DNA from: a bacterium
GTDB taxonomy: Bacteria; Krumholzibacteriota; Krumholzibacteriia; LZORAL124-64-63
Length of the DNA: 64,000 nucleotides
NCBI GenBank assembly: GCA_031441465.1
Contig: JANOEP010000039.1
Location: forward strand, 32,001-96,000
Direction: 5' to 3'
The number at the start of each line of letters is the position of its first letter. Positions within the stretch are counted from its first letter, which is position 1. Shown here in pieces: positions 19,599-30,976 of this stretch. The notes beneath the pieces are model-generated. The model was not told the origin of the DNA and did not search any database. It saw only the letters and a list, made by a program, of their open reading frames with translations. The position numbers and the translations under genes were made by a program.

Positions 19599-20417
19599 AT
19601 GCAGCGCACAACCACGGTGGTCATCGCAGCGATCCTGATCCTGGCGACCTTGCTCGCCGGTTGCAAGGACGGCGGCGGCGCCGGCAAGGATTCCTCGGAC
19701 ACGAAGGGCGTGGTCCAGGTGCCGGGAATGAAAATCAAGGATCTGACGGTCGGCAACGGTCGTGCGGCGGCCAAAGGCGACTTCGTGACCGTGCACTACA
19801 CGGGTTGGGTGCTGACCGACGGCCAGAAGGCCGCCGAACCCTTCGACAGTTCGGTGCCCCGCGGCGTGCCGGCGACCTTCCCGATCGGGACCGGCCGGCT
19901 GATCAAGGGCTGGGACGAAGGCATCCCCGGCATGAAGGTCGGCGGCAAGCGCGAGCTGATCCTCGAGCCGGCCATGGGCTACGGCGAGCGCGAAACGCCG
20001 AAGATCCCGGCCAACTCCACGCTGATCTTCGAGGTCGAGATGGTCGCCATCCCCGACGTGCAGAAGACCGACGTGACGGTCGGCGCCGGCGCCCCCGCCG
20101 AGTCCGGCGACATCGTGCAGGTGCATTACACCGGCTGGCTGATGAAGGACGGCGTCAAGGGCGAGAAGTTCGACAGCTCGCTCGACCGCGGCTCCCCCTT
20201 CGAGTTCCAGCTCGACGCCGGCCGCGTGATCCCGGGCTGGGACCTCGGCGTCAAGGGCATGAAGGTCGGCGGCAAGCGCACGCTGACCATCCCGCCCGAA
20301 CTCGGCTACGGCGACCGCGACCTGGGCGTCATCCCGCCCAACTCGACGCTGAACTTCGACGTGGAGCTGCTGGGCGTCCAGGGCAAGGCTGAACAGCCGG
20401 CCGCGCAGACCGAGTAG
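19599..20417 (+). CDS. Lipoprotein FKBP-type peptidyl-prolyl isomerase with two FKBP domains
   Basis: Lipobox LLAGC; two copies of VHYTGW...FDSS...IxGWDxG..GMKVGGKR...IPxNSTLxFxVE. Confidence 0.92.
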   Translation: MQRTTTVVIAAILILATLLAGCKDGGGAGKDSSDTKGVVQVPGMKIKDLTVGNGRAAAKGDFVTVHYTGWVLTDGQKAAEPFDSSVPRGVPATFPIGTGRLIKGWDEGIPGMKVGGKRELILEPAMGYGERETPKIPANSTLIFEVEMVAIPDVQKTDVTVGAGAPAESGDIVQVHYTGWLMKDGVKGEKFDSSLDRGSPFEFQLDAGRVIPGWDLGVKGMKVGGKRTLTIPPELGYGDRDLGVIPPNSTLNFDVELLGVQGKAEQPAAQTE

Positions 20418-20440
20418 TCTTCCAGCGTAGCGGTAGTGAA

Positions 20441-20470
20441 AGAGGGCGTCCCGCGGTCGGGACGCCCTCT
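20441..20470. terminator. Hairpin terminator between convergent genes
   Basis: AGAGGGCGTCCCG-cggt-CGGGACGCCCTCT, 13-bp stem followed by GCGTTTT. Confidence 0.7.
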
Positions 20471-20502
20471 GCGTTTTCTCCGGCCGTGAAGCGCCGCCGC
20501 CG

Positions 20503-22938
<2,436 letters not shown>

Positions 22939-23315
22939 GACAACCCCTCTTTCGAGATTGGCGAGATCGCGGCGGTCCGGGACCCGGGCGCGCCGGTCTG
23001 CCGACATGCGGCTGAATACTGTGGACTGTTATCCCCGCAGGGTGGGAAACTGTCAAGAAAGGATGCAATTGCGCGGGTCCGGCGGGCCACCGCACGATCG
23101 ATAACGAGATTCAATAATAATGTTACAGTGACGAACTGCCAGAAGATTGTGTCACCCGGCCGGGGTATCGTTCCGGGGCTGTGAAACGGGCCAGCTTCAT
23201 GCTCCGTAAGCCGATGATCCCTGTTTATTTCTTGACATAACATGTTCCGGAAAAAACATTTGAGGTGTCTTCCGGGGTCAACCCGGGCCGTACCACCACA
23301 GGGGAGAGTGCTCGC

Positions 23316-24329
23316 ATGGCTCGATTCTATCTGGAAAAGGGCAAGGTAGCGGCGTTCATCGCTCATCTGCAGTCGCAGAAGCCGGTGTACGCACCGCACC
23401 GCAAGGGCCGCAACGCGTTCGCGTTCGCGCCGGTCGAGCGGCCGCAGGACGTGGTGCTGGACTACCCGCGGACGGTCAGCTCGATCAAGAAGTACTTCAT
23501 GCCGGCGCGCGAGGAACTGCTCAGCTTCAACCTGGTCGAGAACACCTGCGCACAGCCCGCCGTCGCGCCGCTGGACGCCGTGTTCCTGGGCGTCCACAGC
23601 TACGACGTCCAGGCGGTGTTGAAGCTCGACCACAACTTCGTGACGGGCAACCCGGAGCGGAACTACCTGACGCGGCGCCAGGGCGCGCTGTTCGTCGGCG
23701 TCGGCTTCACGCCCGACCGGTTCCACTTCAGCGGCTCGGTGGGCATCCCGGCGGGGGACACCAGCGGCTGCGACCTGTTCCTGCACCATTGCGAGGGCGG
23801 CTACGCCCTCGAGACGCTGACCCCGGCCGGCGAAGGGCTGATCGCCGGGTTCAAGCTGCCCGCCCACACGGCGGGATTGCCGGCCGCCGCCGCCTTCCAG
23901 CAGCACATCTACGTGCCGCAGGCCAAGCTCAAGGACGTCCTCGCCCACGGCTACGACGCCGCGGTGTGGGAGGAAGAGGCGGAGAAGTGCGTGAGCTGCG
24001 GCACCTGCAACCTCGTCTGCCCCACCTGCTACTGCTTCGACGTCGAGGACGAGGTCGACATCACGGCGACCCGCGGCAGCCGCGAGCGCCACTGGGACGG
24101 CTGCCTGCTGCGCAGCTTCACCGAGGTGGCCGGCGGCGAGGTTTTCCGCGAGGAGCCGGCCGCGCGCCAGCGCCACCGCGTGTTCCGCAAGTTCAAGTAC
24201 ATCTCGGACGAGACGGGCGAACCCTGGTGCGTGGGCTGCGGCCGCTGCACGGCGGCCTGCACCGCGGGCATCAGCATCGTCTCGATCGTCAACCGTCTGG
24301 TGAACGACTACGACGCCGTCAAGGCGTAG
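23316..24329 (+). CDS. hydB: Group 3b [NiFe] hydrogenase (sulfhydrogenase) beta subunit, 4Fe-4S
   Basis: CVSCGTCNLVCPTCYCF and CVGCGRCTAAC; AsrA/HydB-type; first gene of the operon. Confidence 0.85.
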   Translation: MARFYLEKGKVAAFIAHLQSQKPVYAPHRKGRNAFAFAPVERPQDVVLDYPRTVSSIKKYFMPAREELLSFNLVENTCAQPAVAPLDAVFLGVHSYDVQAVLKLDHNFVTGNPERNYLTRRQGALFVGVGFTPDRFHFSGSVGIPAGDTSGCDLFLHHCEGGYALETLTPAGEGLIAGFKLPAHTAGLPAAAAFQQHIYVPQAKLKDVLAHGYDAAVWEEEAEKCVSCGTCNLVCPTCYCFDVEDEVDITATRGSRERHWDGCLLRSFTEVAGGEVFREEPAARQRHRVFRKFKYISDETGEPWCVGCGRCTAACTAGISIVSIVNRLVNDYDAVKA

Positions 24330-24350
24330 GTCCCGTCAAGGAGAGGCAAG

Positions 24351-25202
24351 ATGACCAAGCACGAACTCATCGCTCCCGCCGCGACGAAGGACCTGTACCT
24401 GCCGGTCATGGCGGAGATCACGGATGTGCGGCAGATGACGCCGCTGGAGAAGCTGTTCGAGATCAAGCTGCCGGGCGGCGTGGCTCTGGGCCACCGGCCG
24501 GGGCAGTTCGTCGAGGTGTCGCTGTTCGGCGTCGGCGAGGCGCCGATCTCGGTCTCCTCGTCGCCGACGAAGAAGGGCGCCTTCGAACTGGGCATCCGCA
24601 AGGTGGGCATGCTCACCGAGATGATCCACCGCATGCAGCCCGGCGAGCGCATCGGCATCCGCGGCCCCTTCGGCAACGGCTTCGACATGGCCAAGTTCAA
24701 GGGCAAGGACGTGCTGGTGGTCGCCGGCGGCATCGGCCTGGTGCCGCTGCGGTCGATGATCAACTACATCCTGGACAACCGCGGCGACTTCGGCCGGCTC
24801 ATCATCTGCTATGGCAGCAAGAGCGACACCGACCTGCTGTTCGAGGACGAGCGCCGGCTGTGGGAGCGGGACCCCCGCGTCGAGTTCCACCTCACCGTGG
24901 ACCACGGTTCGCCGGCCTGGCAGGGCCGCACCGGCGTCATCACGACCCTGATCCCCGGCCTGGACCTGGATCTGCCGAACACCCTGGCCTGCGTCTGCGG
25001 GCCGCCGGTCATGTACCGGTTCGTCGTGCTGGCCCTGAAATCCAAGCGCCTCGCGGAGGAGAACATCTACATGTCCCTCGAGCGCCGCATGAAGTGCGGC
25101 GTGGGCAAGTGCGGGCACTGCCAGATCAACGGCAGTTACGTCTGCCAGGACGGTCCGGTCTACCACTATCCCGACATCAAGGCACTCCGGGAGGCTCTGT
25201 GA
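24351..25202 (+). CDS. hydG: Sulfhydrogenase gamma subunit (FAD/NAD(P)-binding, 2Fe-2S)
   Basis: PGQFV, GEAPIS, RGPFGNGF, AGGIGLVP, CGPPVM and ERRMKCGVGKCGHC...CQDGPV. Confidence 0.88.
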   Translation: MTKHELIAPAATKDLYLPVMAEITDVRQMTPLEKLFEIKLPGGVALGHRPGQFVEVSLFGVGEAPISVSSSPTKKGAFELGIRKVGMLTEMIHRMQPGERIGIRGPFGNGFDMAKFKGKDVLVVAGGIGLVPLRSMINYILDNRGDFGRLIICYGSKSDTDLLFEDERRLWERDPRVEFHLTVDHGSPAWQGRTGVITTLIPGLDLDLPNTLACVCGPPVMYRFVVLALKSKRLAEENIYMSLERRMKCGVGKCGHCQINGSYVCQDGPVYHYPDIKALREAL

Positions 25203-25948
25203 TGGCGAACAAACCGAGAGTCGGCATCTTCGACTTCACCGGCTGCGAGGGTTGCGAGCTCAACCAGCTGAATTTCGAGGATCAGCTCCTGGACATCCTG
25301 GAGCACGTGGAGATCGTCGAATGGCGCGAGGCCATGGACGGTCAGGTGGAGGAACTGGACATCGCGTTCGTCGAAGGCTCGCTGTCCACACCCGACTGCA
25401 TCAAGCGGATCCACGAGGTCCGCCGCAAGTCCAAGGTCCTGGTGGCCCTGGGCGCCTGCGCGGTGCAGGGCGGGATGAACGCCCTGAAGAACATCCGGCC
25501 CATCGAGCAGGTGCGCGAGGAGGTCTACGGCCAGGACAAGTACCTGTTCCCGACCCTGCCCGCGCTGCCGATCAGTTCGGTGGTCAAGGTCGACGTGAAC
25601 ATCCGCGGGTGCCCCATGACCCAGAAGGAGTTCCTGAAGGTGTTCACCGCCCTGGTGATGGGCAAGATGCCGATCGAACCGGGTAACGCGGTGTGTACCG
25701 AGTGCAAGCTCAGGGACAACGAGTGCGTCTTCGAGAAGGGGATGATCTGCCTCGGACCCGTCACCCGCGCCGGCTGCGAAGCGCAGTGCCCGAGCTTCGG
25801 CCAGTACTGCATCGGCTGCCGCGGCCTGGTGCCGGAGCCGAACATCGAGGCGATGGAGGAAATCCTCACCGCGCACGGGCTGTCGATGGACGACGCGCGC
25901 AAGAAGCTCCAGTTGTTCAACGCCAACCAGCTCGAGGGGGTCTCCTGA
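25202..25948 (+). CDS. hydD: Sulfhydrogenase delta (small) subunit
   Basis: FTGCEGC, GACAVQGG, IRGCP, VCTEC, CLGPVTRAGC and CIGCRG; TGATG overlap with hydG. Confidence 0.88.
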   Translation: MANKPRVGIFDFTGCEGCELNQLNFEDQLLDILEHVEIVEWREAMDGQVEELDIAFVEGSLSTPDCIKRIHEVRRKSKVLVALGACAVQGGMNALKNIRPIEQVREEVYGQDKYLFPTLPALPISSVVKVDVNIRGCPMTQKEFLKVFTALVMGKMPIEPGNAVCTECKLRDNECVFEKGMICLGPVTRAGCEAQCPSFGQYCIGCRGLVPEPNIEAMEEILTAHGLSMDDARKKLQLFNANQLEGVS

Positions 25949-27252
25949 TGGGCACCAACCTGGACATCAAAGTCCACCACCTGACGCGGGTGGAGGGCCA
26001 CGGTGATATCGTCGTCAACATGCGCGACGGCGTGCTGGAGAAGGCGCGCCTGGAGATCGTCGAGGCGCCGCGCTACTTCGAGGCGATGCTCAAGGGCCGC
26101 AACTTCCACGAGGCCGCGATCATCACCTCACGCATCTGCGGCATCTGCTCGCTCGGCCACCAGATGACGTCGTTCAAGGCCACCGAGCAGGCGCTGGGCC
26201 TGGAGATCAGCGAGCAGACGCTGCTGCTGCGCAAGCTGCTGGTGCACGGCGCCACGATCCAGTCCAACGTGCTGCACGCGCTGTTCCTGGCCGCGCCCGA
26301 CTTCCTGAAGGTCGGCTCGGTCTTCCCGCTGGTGAGCACGCATCCCGAGGTCGTCCTGGCCGCCCTGCGCATGAAGCGCCTGGCCAACGACATCGGCGAG
26401 GTGGTCTCCGGCCGCGCCGTGCACCCGATCTCCTGCGTGCCCGGCGGCTTCACCCAGCTGCCCTCGGCGAAGTCCCTGGCCGTGCTGCGCGAGCGCCTCG
26501 AGAAGCAGATGCTGCCGGACCTGGTCTTCGCGGCCGACGTCGTGGCGACGCTGGCGGGCGAGATCCCGGACTTCACCCGCGAAACCGAGTTCATCTCCCT
26601 GCGCAGCGACGACGACTACGCGCTCTACGACGGCGACATCTGCTCGACGGACACCGGTCGCGTTCCGGACGGCGAGTACCGCCGCATGACCAACGAGTAC
26701 ATCGTGCACCACAGCACGTCGAAGCACTGCAAGGTCAACCGGTCGTCGTACATGGTGGGCGCCCTGGCCCGCTGGAACAACAACCACGACCGGCTCTGCC
26801 CCGAGGCCCTGGGCGTCGCGGCGAAGCTCGGCCTGAAGCCGAGCTGCCACAACCCCTACATGAACACCGTGGCCCAGGTCGTCGAGTCGGTCCACTGCTG
26901 CCTCGACGCCATGGCCATCCTGGACCGCCTGCTGGCGGCCGGGATCCGCGACGAGGTTCCCAACCAGGACCCGACGCGCTACGGGACGGGCGTCGGCGCC
27001 ACCGAGGTGCCGCGCGGCATCCTGTACCACGAGTACACCTACGACCGGCAGGGCCGCATCACGGCCGCGAACTGCATCATCCCGACGGGGCAGAACCTGG
27101 CCAACATCGACGACGACATGGTCAAGCTCGTGCCCGAGGTCGTGGACCGCGGCGAGGCCGCGATCGCGCACCTGCTGGAGATGCTGGTGCGGGCCTACGA
27201 CCCCTGCATCTCGTGCTCGGTGCACATGCTGGACGTCAAGTTCACGAGGTAG
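25948..27252 (+). CDS. hydA: [NiFe] hydrogenase large (alpha) subunit, group 3b
   Basis: RVEGH, L1 motif RICGIC, EVPRG, L2 motif DPCISCSVH plus a short cleavable tail; BGDA gene order. Confidence 0.93.
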   Translation: MGTNLDIKVHHLTRVEGHGDIVVNMRDGVLEKARLEIVEAPRYFEAMLKGRNFHEAAIITSRICGICSLGHQMTSFKATEQALGLEISEQTLLLRKLLVHGATIQSNVLHALFLAAPDFLKVGSVFPLVSTHPEVVLAALRMKRLANDIGEVVSGRAVHPISCVPGGFTQLPSAKSLAVLRERLEKQMLPDLVFAADVVATLAGEIPDFTRETEFISLRSDDDYALYDGDICSTDTGRVPDGEYRRMTNEYIVHHSTSKHCKVNRSSYMVGALARWNNNHDRLCPEALGVAAKLGLKPSCHNPYMNTVAQVVESVHCCLDAMAILDRLLAAGIRDEVPNQDPTRYGTGVGATEVPRGILYHEYTYDRQGRITAANCIIPTGQNLANIDDDMVKLVPEVVDRGEAAIAHLLEMLVRAYDPCISCSVHMLDVKFTR

Positions 27253-27259
27253 GAGCGGC

Positions 27260-27730
27260 GTGAAGCTCATCGCGGTCGGCAATCCGCTGTACGGCGACGA
27301 CGGGGTGGGGGCGGCCGTCCTGGAACGGGCCCGCGCCACGGACGCCTTCCCGGGCGCCGAACTGATCGACGCCGGGACCGACGCCCTGTCGCTGATCGAC
27401 CGCTTCGCGGACGACGAGCTGCACGTGATCGTGGACGCGGCCCGGATGGGCCTGGAACCGGGCCGCATCGCCCGCTTCACGCCGGGCGAGGTTTCCCTGG
27501 GCGTCGTCCGGGACCGCCTCTCACTGCACGGTTTCGGCCTGGCCGAGGCCTTCGTCCTGGCCGGGCGGATCGACCGCCTGCCGCGGCGCCTGGTGGTCGT
27601 GGGCGTGGAGCCGCAGACGCTGGAGATCGACCGGGGCCTTTCGGACGCGGTGGCGTCGGCGGTTCCCGAGGTGCTGGAGATCATCAAAGCGGAGGTTCAT
27701 TCCGATGAAGCGGACCATCCTGGTCATTGA
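27260..27730 (+). CDS. Hydrogenase maturation protease (HyaD/HycI family)
   Basis: VGNPLYGDDGVG, IDAGT, IVDA, SLH and VGVEP motifs; follows the large subunit. Confidence 0.9.
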   Translation: MKLIAVGNPLYGDDGVGAAVLERARATDAFPGAELIDAGTDALSLIDRFADDELHVIVDAARMGLEPGRIARFTPGEVSLGVVRDRLSLHGFGLAEAFVLAGRIDRLPRRLVVVGVEPQTLEIDRGLSDAVASAVPEVLEIIKAEVHSDEADHPGH

Positions 27731-28097
27731 CGACGACATCGACCTGGTCGAGATCATCCGGTTGACCCTCGAGAACGAGGGTTACGGCGTGATCGACGCC
27801 CAGAACGGCGCCCGGGGCCTGGAACTGGCCCGCGAGCGGAAGCCCGACCTGATCCTGCTCGACGTGATGATGGGCGAGATCGACGAGGGATTCCAGGTTG
27901 CCTACGAGCTGCGCAAGGGTGACAATACGCGGGACATCCCGATCATCATGCTGACCGCGGTGGCCGACCAGACGGGGTACGCCTTCGATCCGGAGAAGGA
28001 CTCGGACTTCCTGCCGGTGGACGAGTACCTCGAGAAACCCGTCAGCCCCCGGCGGCTCGTGGACCTGGTGCGCAAGCACCTGCCGCCGACGATCTAG
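27705..28097 (+). CDS. Single-domain response regulator (receiver only)
   Basis: LVIDDD, LILLDVMM, MLTA and EKP motifs; 130 aa with no output domain. Confidence 0.92.
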   Translation: MKRTILVIDDDIDLVEIIRLTLENEGYGVIDAQNGARGLELARERKPDLILLDVMMGEIDEGFQVAYELRKGDNTRDIPIIMLTAVADQTGYAFDPEKDSDFLPVDEYLEKPVSPRRLVDLVRKHLPPTI

Positions 28098-28103
28098 GAG
28101 GCC

Positions 28104-29459
28104 ATGGAGCGCAGGGCCGCGGGCGCCGTCGAACCGATCGCTCCCGAGTCGGCCCACTTCGTCTCGGCCGCGTCGCTGCGCGTTCGTTCCGACTGGTTCA
28201 ACCGCATGCGCTGGATCGCCGCCGTCGGCGTGGTGCTGGTCTCGCTGCTGGCGGTCGAGTTCGGCGGCGTCGACCTGCCGTTGCTGCCCATCATGTCGAC
28301 GGCCGCCGTCCTGCTGGCCATGAACGCCTCCTACACGCTGCGCAACCGCCGCGTGCCCGCGACCGACATCCGCGCCGAACTGGTCGTCGTCAAGCTCCAG
28401 ATGGTCCTGGATCTGCTGCTGCTGACGGTCCTGTTGAGCTTCAGCGGCGGGATCGAGAACCCCTTCCATTTCGTCTACATCATCCACGTGCTGCTGGCCG
28501 GGCTGCTGTTCAAGGGCGGCGAGATCCGCCGGATGGCCCTGCTGGCCGGCCTGCTGTTCACCGCCGAGGTGCTGGGGGAGGCGGCCGGGCTCGTGCCGCA
28601 CCACCACCTCGCCAGCGGTCCGGAGATGAGCCAGGACTGGCGCTTCGTGTCCTCGGGGCTGGCGGCCTTCTGGATCGTGCTGGTCTGCTGCGCGTACCTG
28701 AGCGCCTCGATCATGCGGCACAACCGGGTGATCAAGGACGACCTGGTGGTGCGGCAGCGCCAGCTCATGGCGGCGGACAAGGCCAAGATCGACTTCTTCC
28801 GCTACGTCTCGCACGAGGTCAAGACCCCGGTGATCACGGCCCAGAGCGCCGTGGAGGCCGTGCTGGCCGTCGCGGGCGCGGACATGGCCGCGAAACCGCG
28901 CGATCTGCTGCTGCGCACCGTCGAGCGGCTGCGCCAGGCGACCGAGATCGTGCAGGGCCTGAGCGACCTGACGCGCGGGCCGCTGCACCAGGGCCAGGAT
29001 GTGCGTGACGTGAACCTCAACCGGCTGGTCGCCTCCCTCCTGGACGGCCAGCAATCGCTGATCGAGACGCGCGGGCTGCGCGTCGAGGCCAGGCTGCCGG
29101 CCGAGGACGTGCTGCTGCGCGCCAGCGAGACCATGGTCGAGAAGGTCCTGGGCAACCTGATCAGCAACGCGGTGCGCTACAATCGCGACGGCGGCCGCCT
29201 GATCGTGGCGATGCAGGACCTGGGCGACGCCGTGCGCGTGGCCGTCACCGACGAGGGGATCGGCATCCGGCCCGAGGACCTCGGCCGCATTTTCGACGAA
29301 TTCTACCGCACCCCGGAGGCCAAGGCGGCCTCGTCTCTGGGGACGGGCCTGGGCCTGCCCATCGTCAAGCGCTTCCTCGAACAGATGGGCGGCGAGATCG
29401 CGGTCGAGAGCGAACCGGGCCGTGGCAGCACCTTCACGGCGACTCTGAGGAGAACCTGA
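28104..29459 (+). CDS. Membrane sensor histidine kinase
   Basis: About 5 TM helices including SGGIENPF; H-box SHEVKTP, N-box NLISNAVRY, DEGIGI, IFDEFYR and GTGLGL. Confidence 0.93.
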   Translation: MERRAAGAVEPIAPESAHFVSAASLRVRSDWFNRMRWIAAVGVVLVSLLAVEFGGVDLPLLPIMSTAAVLLAMNASYTLRNRRVPATDIRAELVVVKLQMVLDLLLLTVLLSFSGGIENPFHFVYIIHVLLAGLLFKGGEIRRMALLAGLLFTAEVLGEAAGLVPHHHLASGPEMSQDWRFVSSGLAAFWIVLVCCAYLSASIMRHNRVIKDDLVVRQRQLMAADKAKIDFFRYVSHEVKTPVITAQSAVEAVLAVAGADMAAKPRDLLLRTVERLRQATEIVQGLSDLTRGPLHQGQDVRDVNLNRLVASLLDGQQSLIETRGLRVEARLPAEDVLLRASETMVEKVLGNLISNAVRYNRDGGRLIVAMQDLGDAVRVAVTDEGIGIRPEDLGRIFDEFYRTPEAKAASSLGTGLGLPIVKRFLEQMGGEIAVESEPGRGSTFTATLRRT

Positions 29460-29461
29460 GC

Positions 29462-29935
29462 ATGCGTACCGAGTGCGGCGGCCTCATCGAGCGCAACGAC
29501 CTGTGCCTGGTCGAGGTCCTGGGCTACCGCTGGCAGCCGGGCCGCTCCTGCCTGATCCTGGGGCTGTTCGGCGACGCCGGCATCCCCCTGTGCTACCTGA
29601 CCATCGGCAACGGCGCCGACGGCCTGCGCAACCTGTCGCTGTGCGTCTCGCGCCAGCACTACGAGGCGACCAACGGACTGCTGGAGACGATCCGCACCGA
29701 CCACCAGCCGAAGGCGGTCGACGTGCGCGAGCCCGTCACGATCCTGACGCTCTACGGCCCCCACTTCTACGAGCGCATCGCGCTGGCCAGCGAGGTCTAC
29801 CACGCCTTGTGCCGGGACGGCATCGACACGCTCTCGCTCGGCTCCTCGGTCAACAGCATCTCGGTGGTGGTCGCCGAGGCGGACGCCGCCGCCGCCAAGG
29901 CCAGCTTCCGCAAACGCTTCATCTGGCCGGAGTGA
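29462..29935 (+). CDS. Stand-alone ACT-domain protein resembling the aspartokinase regulatory region
   Basis: C-terminal LYGPHF...ASEVYHAL...IDTLSLGSSVNSISVVV matches the aspartokinase ACT pattern; no kinase domain. Confidence 0.6.
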   Translation: MRTECGGLIERNDLCLVEVLGYRWQPGRSCLILGLFGDAGIPLCYLTIGNGADGLRNLSLCVSRQHYEATNGLLETIRTDHQPKAVDVREPVTILTLYGPHFYERIALASEVYHALCRDGIDTLSLGSSVNSISVVVAEADAAAAKASFRKRFIWPE

Positions 29936-30038
29936 CGGGCGGCGGCGCGCGCTCCGCGCACCCGACGATCGCGATCTGCTGGCGGTTCAGCGTCCGTTGT
30001 GGCATGATGAGGGGGAACCAAGGTTCCGGAGGTTTCCC

Positions 30039-30623
30039 GTGCGCGCCATCCGCATCGCCGCTTTCGTCGCCCTGATCGCGCTCCTGCCCGCCGCAGCCGC
30101 CGCCGATCGTCCGCCGCGCGCCCCGCACCGCCCCCGCGTGGTCGAGCGCGTCGACCTGCCGCGCTACTGCGGCACCTGGCACGAGATCGCCCACATCCCC
30201 AACCGCTTCCAGCAGGACTGCGGCTGCTGCGCCACAGCGACCTACGCCCTGCGCGCCGACGGCAAGCTGTCGGTGACCAACCGCTGCCGGAAGGCCGACG
30301 GCTCCCTGGACGAGTTCACGGCCGAGGCGGAGGTGGTCGACACCCGCACCAACGCCCGGCTGAAGCTGACGCCGTTCAAGATCCTCGGCCTCGCGCCCAT
30401 CAAGGCCGACTACTGGATCCTGGGCCTGGAGCCCGACTACCGCTGGGCCGTGGTCGGCGGTCCCGACCGCAAGTACGGCTGGATCCTGGCCCGCGAACCG
30501 CGGTTGACGCCGCCGCAGCGGGCGGAAATCGACGCCCTGCTCGAGCGTCAGGGCTACGACCCGGCGGCCTTCACCGCCGGCGAGCAGCCCTGGACACCCG
30601 CAGCGACGGAGGTGAAGCCATGA
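30039..30623 (+). CDS. Lipocalin family protein (Blc-like)
   Basis: VDLPRYCGTWHEIA..PNRFQ, ATY, DYWILGLEPDY and YGWILAREP; signal peptide. Confidence 0.88.
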   Translation: MRAIRIAAFVALIALLPAAAAADRPPRAPHRPRVVERVDLPRYCGTWHEIAHIPNRFQQDCGCCATATYALRADGKLSVTNRCRKADGSLDEFTAEAEVVDTRTNARLKLTPFKILGLAPIKADYWILGLEPDYRWAVVGGPDRKYGWILAREPRLTPPQRAEIDALLERQGYDPAAFTAGEQPWTPAATEVKP

Positions 30624-30868
30624 TCGACGGCATGAAGGTTCTGCGGACCTACGGCAGCGAGGTCGAGGCGGAGATGGCGGCCGCGATGCTCCAGGCCTAC
30701 GGCCTCGAGGCGCTGGTGTCCACCGACGACGCCGGCGGCATGTATCCGCAGATGGCGCAGCTGCGGGGCATCAAGCTGCTGGTCTGGGAGAAGGATCTCG
30801 AGGAGGCGCGGGCGCTGCTGGACGCCGAAGGGGTGGGGGACGAACCGGATGGCCCCACCAGTAGTTAG
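30620..30868 (+). CDS. DUF2007-like small protein
   Basis: EAEMAAAMLQAYGL...IKLLV.EKDLEEARALL pattern; 82 aa; ATGA overlap. Confidence 0.7.
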   Translation: MIDGMKVLRTYGSEVEAEMAAAMLQAYGLEALVSTDDAGGMYPQMAQLRGIKLLVWEKDLEEARALLDAEGVGDEPDGPTSS

Positions 30869-30917
30869 ATCATCGTTACTTGATGATACAGCAACAAGAT
30901 AGTATTTCTGCTCACAC

Positions 30918-30946
30918 TTGACGATTCTTCGAATATTGTATACAAT
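30918..30946 (+). promoter_or_regulatory. Sigma70 promoter upstream of the AAA ATPase
   Basis: TTGACG (30918-30923), 17 nt, TACAAT (30941-30946) in an AT-rich intergenic region. Confidence 0.7.
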
Positions 30947-30976
30947 GTCGTCATAATACGTCGATAAATGACGACA
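30946..30976. promoter_or_regulatory. Inverted repeat (putative operator) just downstream of the -10 box
   Basis: TGTCGTCAT-13 nt-ATGACGACA, perfect 9-bp arms. Confidence 0.45.

Noticed and set aside
25948..27252. Possible [NiFeSe] hydrogenase or selenocysteine recoding
   Set aside because: L1 and L2 motifs are all Cys codons and there is no in-frame TGA.
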